Source: Isurus oxyrinchus
Taxonomy: Eukaryota
Length of the DNA stretch: 64,000 nt
Assembly: GCA_026770705.1 (NCBI GenBank)
Contig: JANJGN010000152.1
Span: 558,001-622,000, forward strand
Direction of reading: 5' to 3'
In this document: piece by piece, positions 62,670 to 64,000 of the stretch
How positions within the stretch are numbered: the stretch's first letter is position 1
Layout: each line of letters begins with the position of its first letter
Translations under genes and position numbers: made by a program
Notes under the pieces: generated by a model
The model's input: only the letters and a program-made list of their open reading frames with translations
What the model was told of the DNA's origin: nothing
Database searches by the model: none

Positions 62670-64000
62670 GCCTGGGGGAAAGGGCAGGGAGGTGGGGGAA
62701 ATGGCAGAGAGCCGGGGAGGGTTGTGGGTGAAGGGTAGAGAGTCGGGGAAAAGGGCAGGGATCCAGCAGAAAATGCATTGGGATGGGGCAAAGGTCAGTG
62801 AGCAGGGGGAAAGGTCAGCGAGCCAGTGAAAGGGCAGAGAGGTGGGGGGGTGAGGAAGGGCAGAGAGGCAGAGGGATGACCGGGCAGAGAAGCGGGGGAT
62901 GGTACAGGCAGAGATGCGAGGGGAAATGGCAGAGTGGTGGCAGGTGGAACGGGCAGGAAAGTGGGTGGTGGAAAGGGCAGAGAGGCGGGGGAAAGGGTAG
63001 AGAGATGGGAGGGGGAAAAGGCAGAGAAGAGGGAGGGGGAAAGGGCAGAGAGGCGGGTGAGGGACAGGGCAGAGAGGCGGGAGAGGGACAGGGTAGAGAG
63101 GAGGGAGGGCAGAAAGGCGGTAGGGGGAAAGGACCAAAAGGTGAGTGGGGAAAAGGGCAGAGAGGCGGGGGGGAAGGGCAGAGAGGTGGGGGGTAAGGGC
63201 AGAGAGGCAGGTGGGGGAAAGGGCAGACAGGCAGCAGGGGGAAAGGGCATAGAGGACGCAGGGCAGAGAGGCAGAGGGGGGAAGGACAGAGAGGAGGGTG
63301 GACAGAGAGTCGGAGGGGGAAAGGGCATAGAGGCGGGGGGTAAGAGCGGAGCGGCAGAGGGGGAAGGGCAGAGAGGTGACGGAAAGGGCAGAGAGTCGAT
63401 GGAAAGGGCAGTGAGCTGGGGAAAGGGCAGAGAGGCGGGGGATAAGGGCAGAGAGGCAGGGGGTAAGGGCAGAGATGCAGTAGGGGGAAAGGGCAGAGAG
63501 GCAGGAGGGGGAAAGGGCACAGAGGCGGGAGGGGGAAAGGCCAGAGAGGGAAAGAGCAGAGAGGCAGAGGATGGAAAGGGCAGCGAGCCATGGGAATGGG
63601 CAAAGAACCAGTGGAAAAGGTCAGAGAGCTGGGCAAAAGTGCAGAGAGTAGTGGAGTGTGCACAGAGAGCTGGGGGAGAAAGGGCAGAGAGATGATGGAG
63701 AAAGGGCAGAGAGGCAGGAGGGGGAAGGGCAGAGATGAGGGAGGGGGAATGGGCAGAGAGGCGGGAGGGGAAAAGGGCAGAAAGGTGGGGGTGAAGGGCA
63801 GAGCAGTGGGTGGGGAAGGGCAGAGCGGCAGGGTGGAGAAGCAGGGGGTGGGGCGTGCAGAGAGGCAGGAGGTGGAAAGGGCAGAGAGATGGGTGGCGGA
63901 AAGGGCAGGGAGGAGGGAGAGCGGAGAGGCAGAGGGTGGAGCGGACAGAGAGGTGGAAGGCGGGAAAGGGCTGAGGGAGAAAGGTCAGTGAGCCAGGGGA
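62670..64000. repeat. G-rich ~20-bp minisatellite (gggggaaagggcagagagg)
   Basis: Dozens of tandem diverged units. Confidence 0.9.

Noticed and set aside
60301-63991. Long His/Thr/Ser-, Pro- or Gly-rich ORFs of up to 319 aa
   Set aside because: Translations of low-complexity repeats; only the first ~56 codons of the 61652 ORF are gene-like

Overview
Cartilaginous-fish (shark) genomic DNA from an antigen-receptor region, most likely the V-gene part of the TCR alpha/delta locus. The VH sequence resembles horn-shark-type IgM. Left end, minus strand: an intact unrearranged NAR-TCR cassette (leader, IgNAR-like V with 22-bp RSS, one 12/12 D, one 23-RSS J), then a decayed supporting TCR-delta V relic, then a second NAR-TCR V that is already joined V-D-J in frame in the germline. 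That pre-joined exon has an open frame and intact phase-1 splice sites, but its own leader and promoter carry several lesions. This suggests it may be used as an invariant internal V domain spliced behind the upstream rearranging cassette, analogous to marsupial TCR-mu (inference). Several decayed TCR V pseudogenes follow. The middle is dominated by CR1, Penelope and RTE retroelements, SINEs and a ~10-kb array of a 54-bp satellite. At 53.9-55.7 kb on the plus strand is a complete IgM-type leader-VH-D1-D2-JH cluster, with no constant exons recognised in the window. The right end holds a stearoyl-CoA desaturase exon fragment and simple repeats. Two assembly gaps (26637-26786, 61071-61244) limit claims about long-range linkage. 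All calls are by eye; repeat boundaries are approximate.
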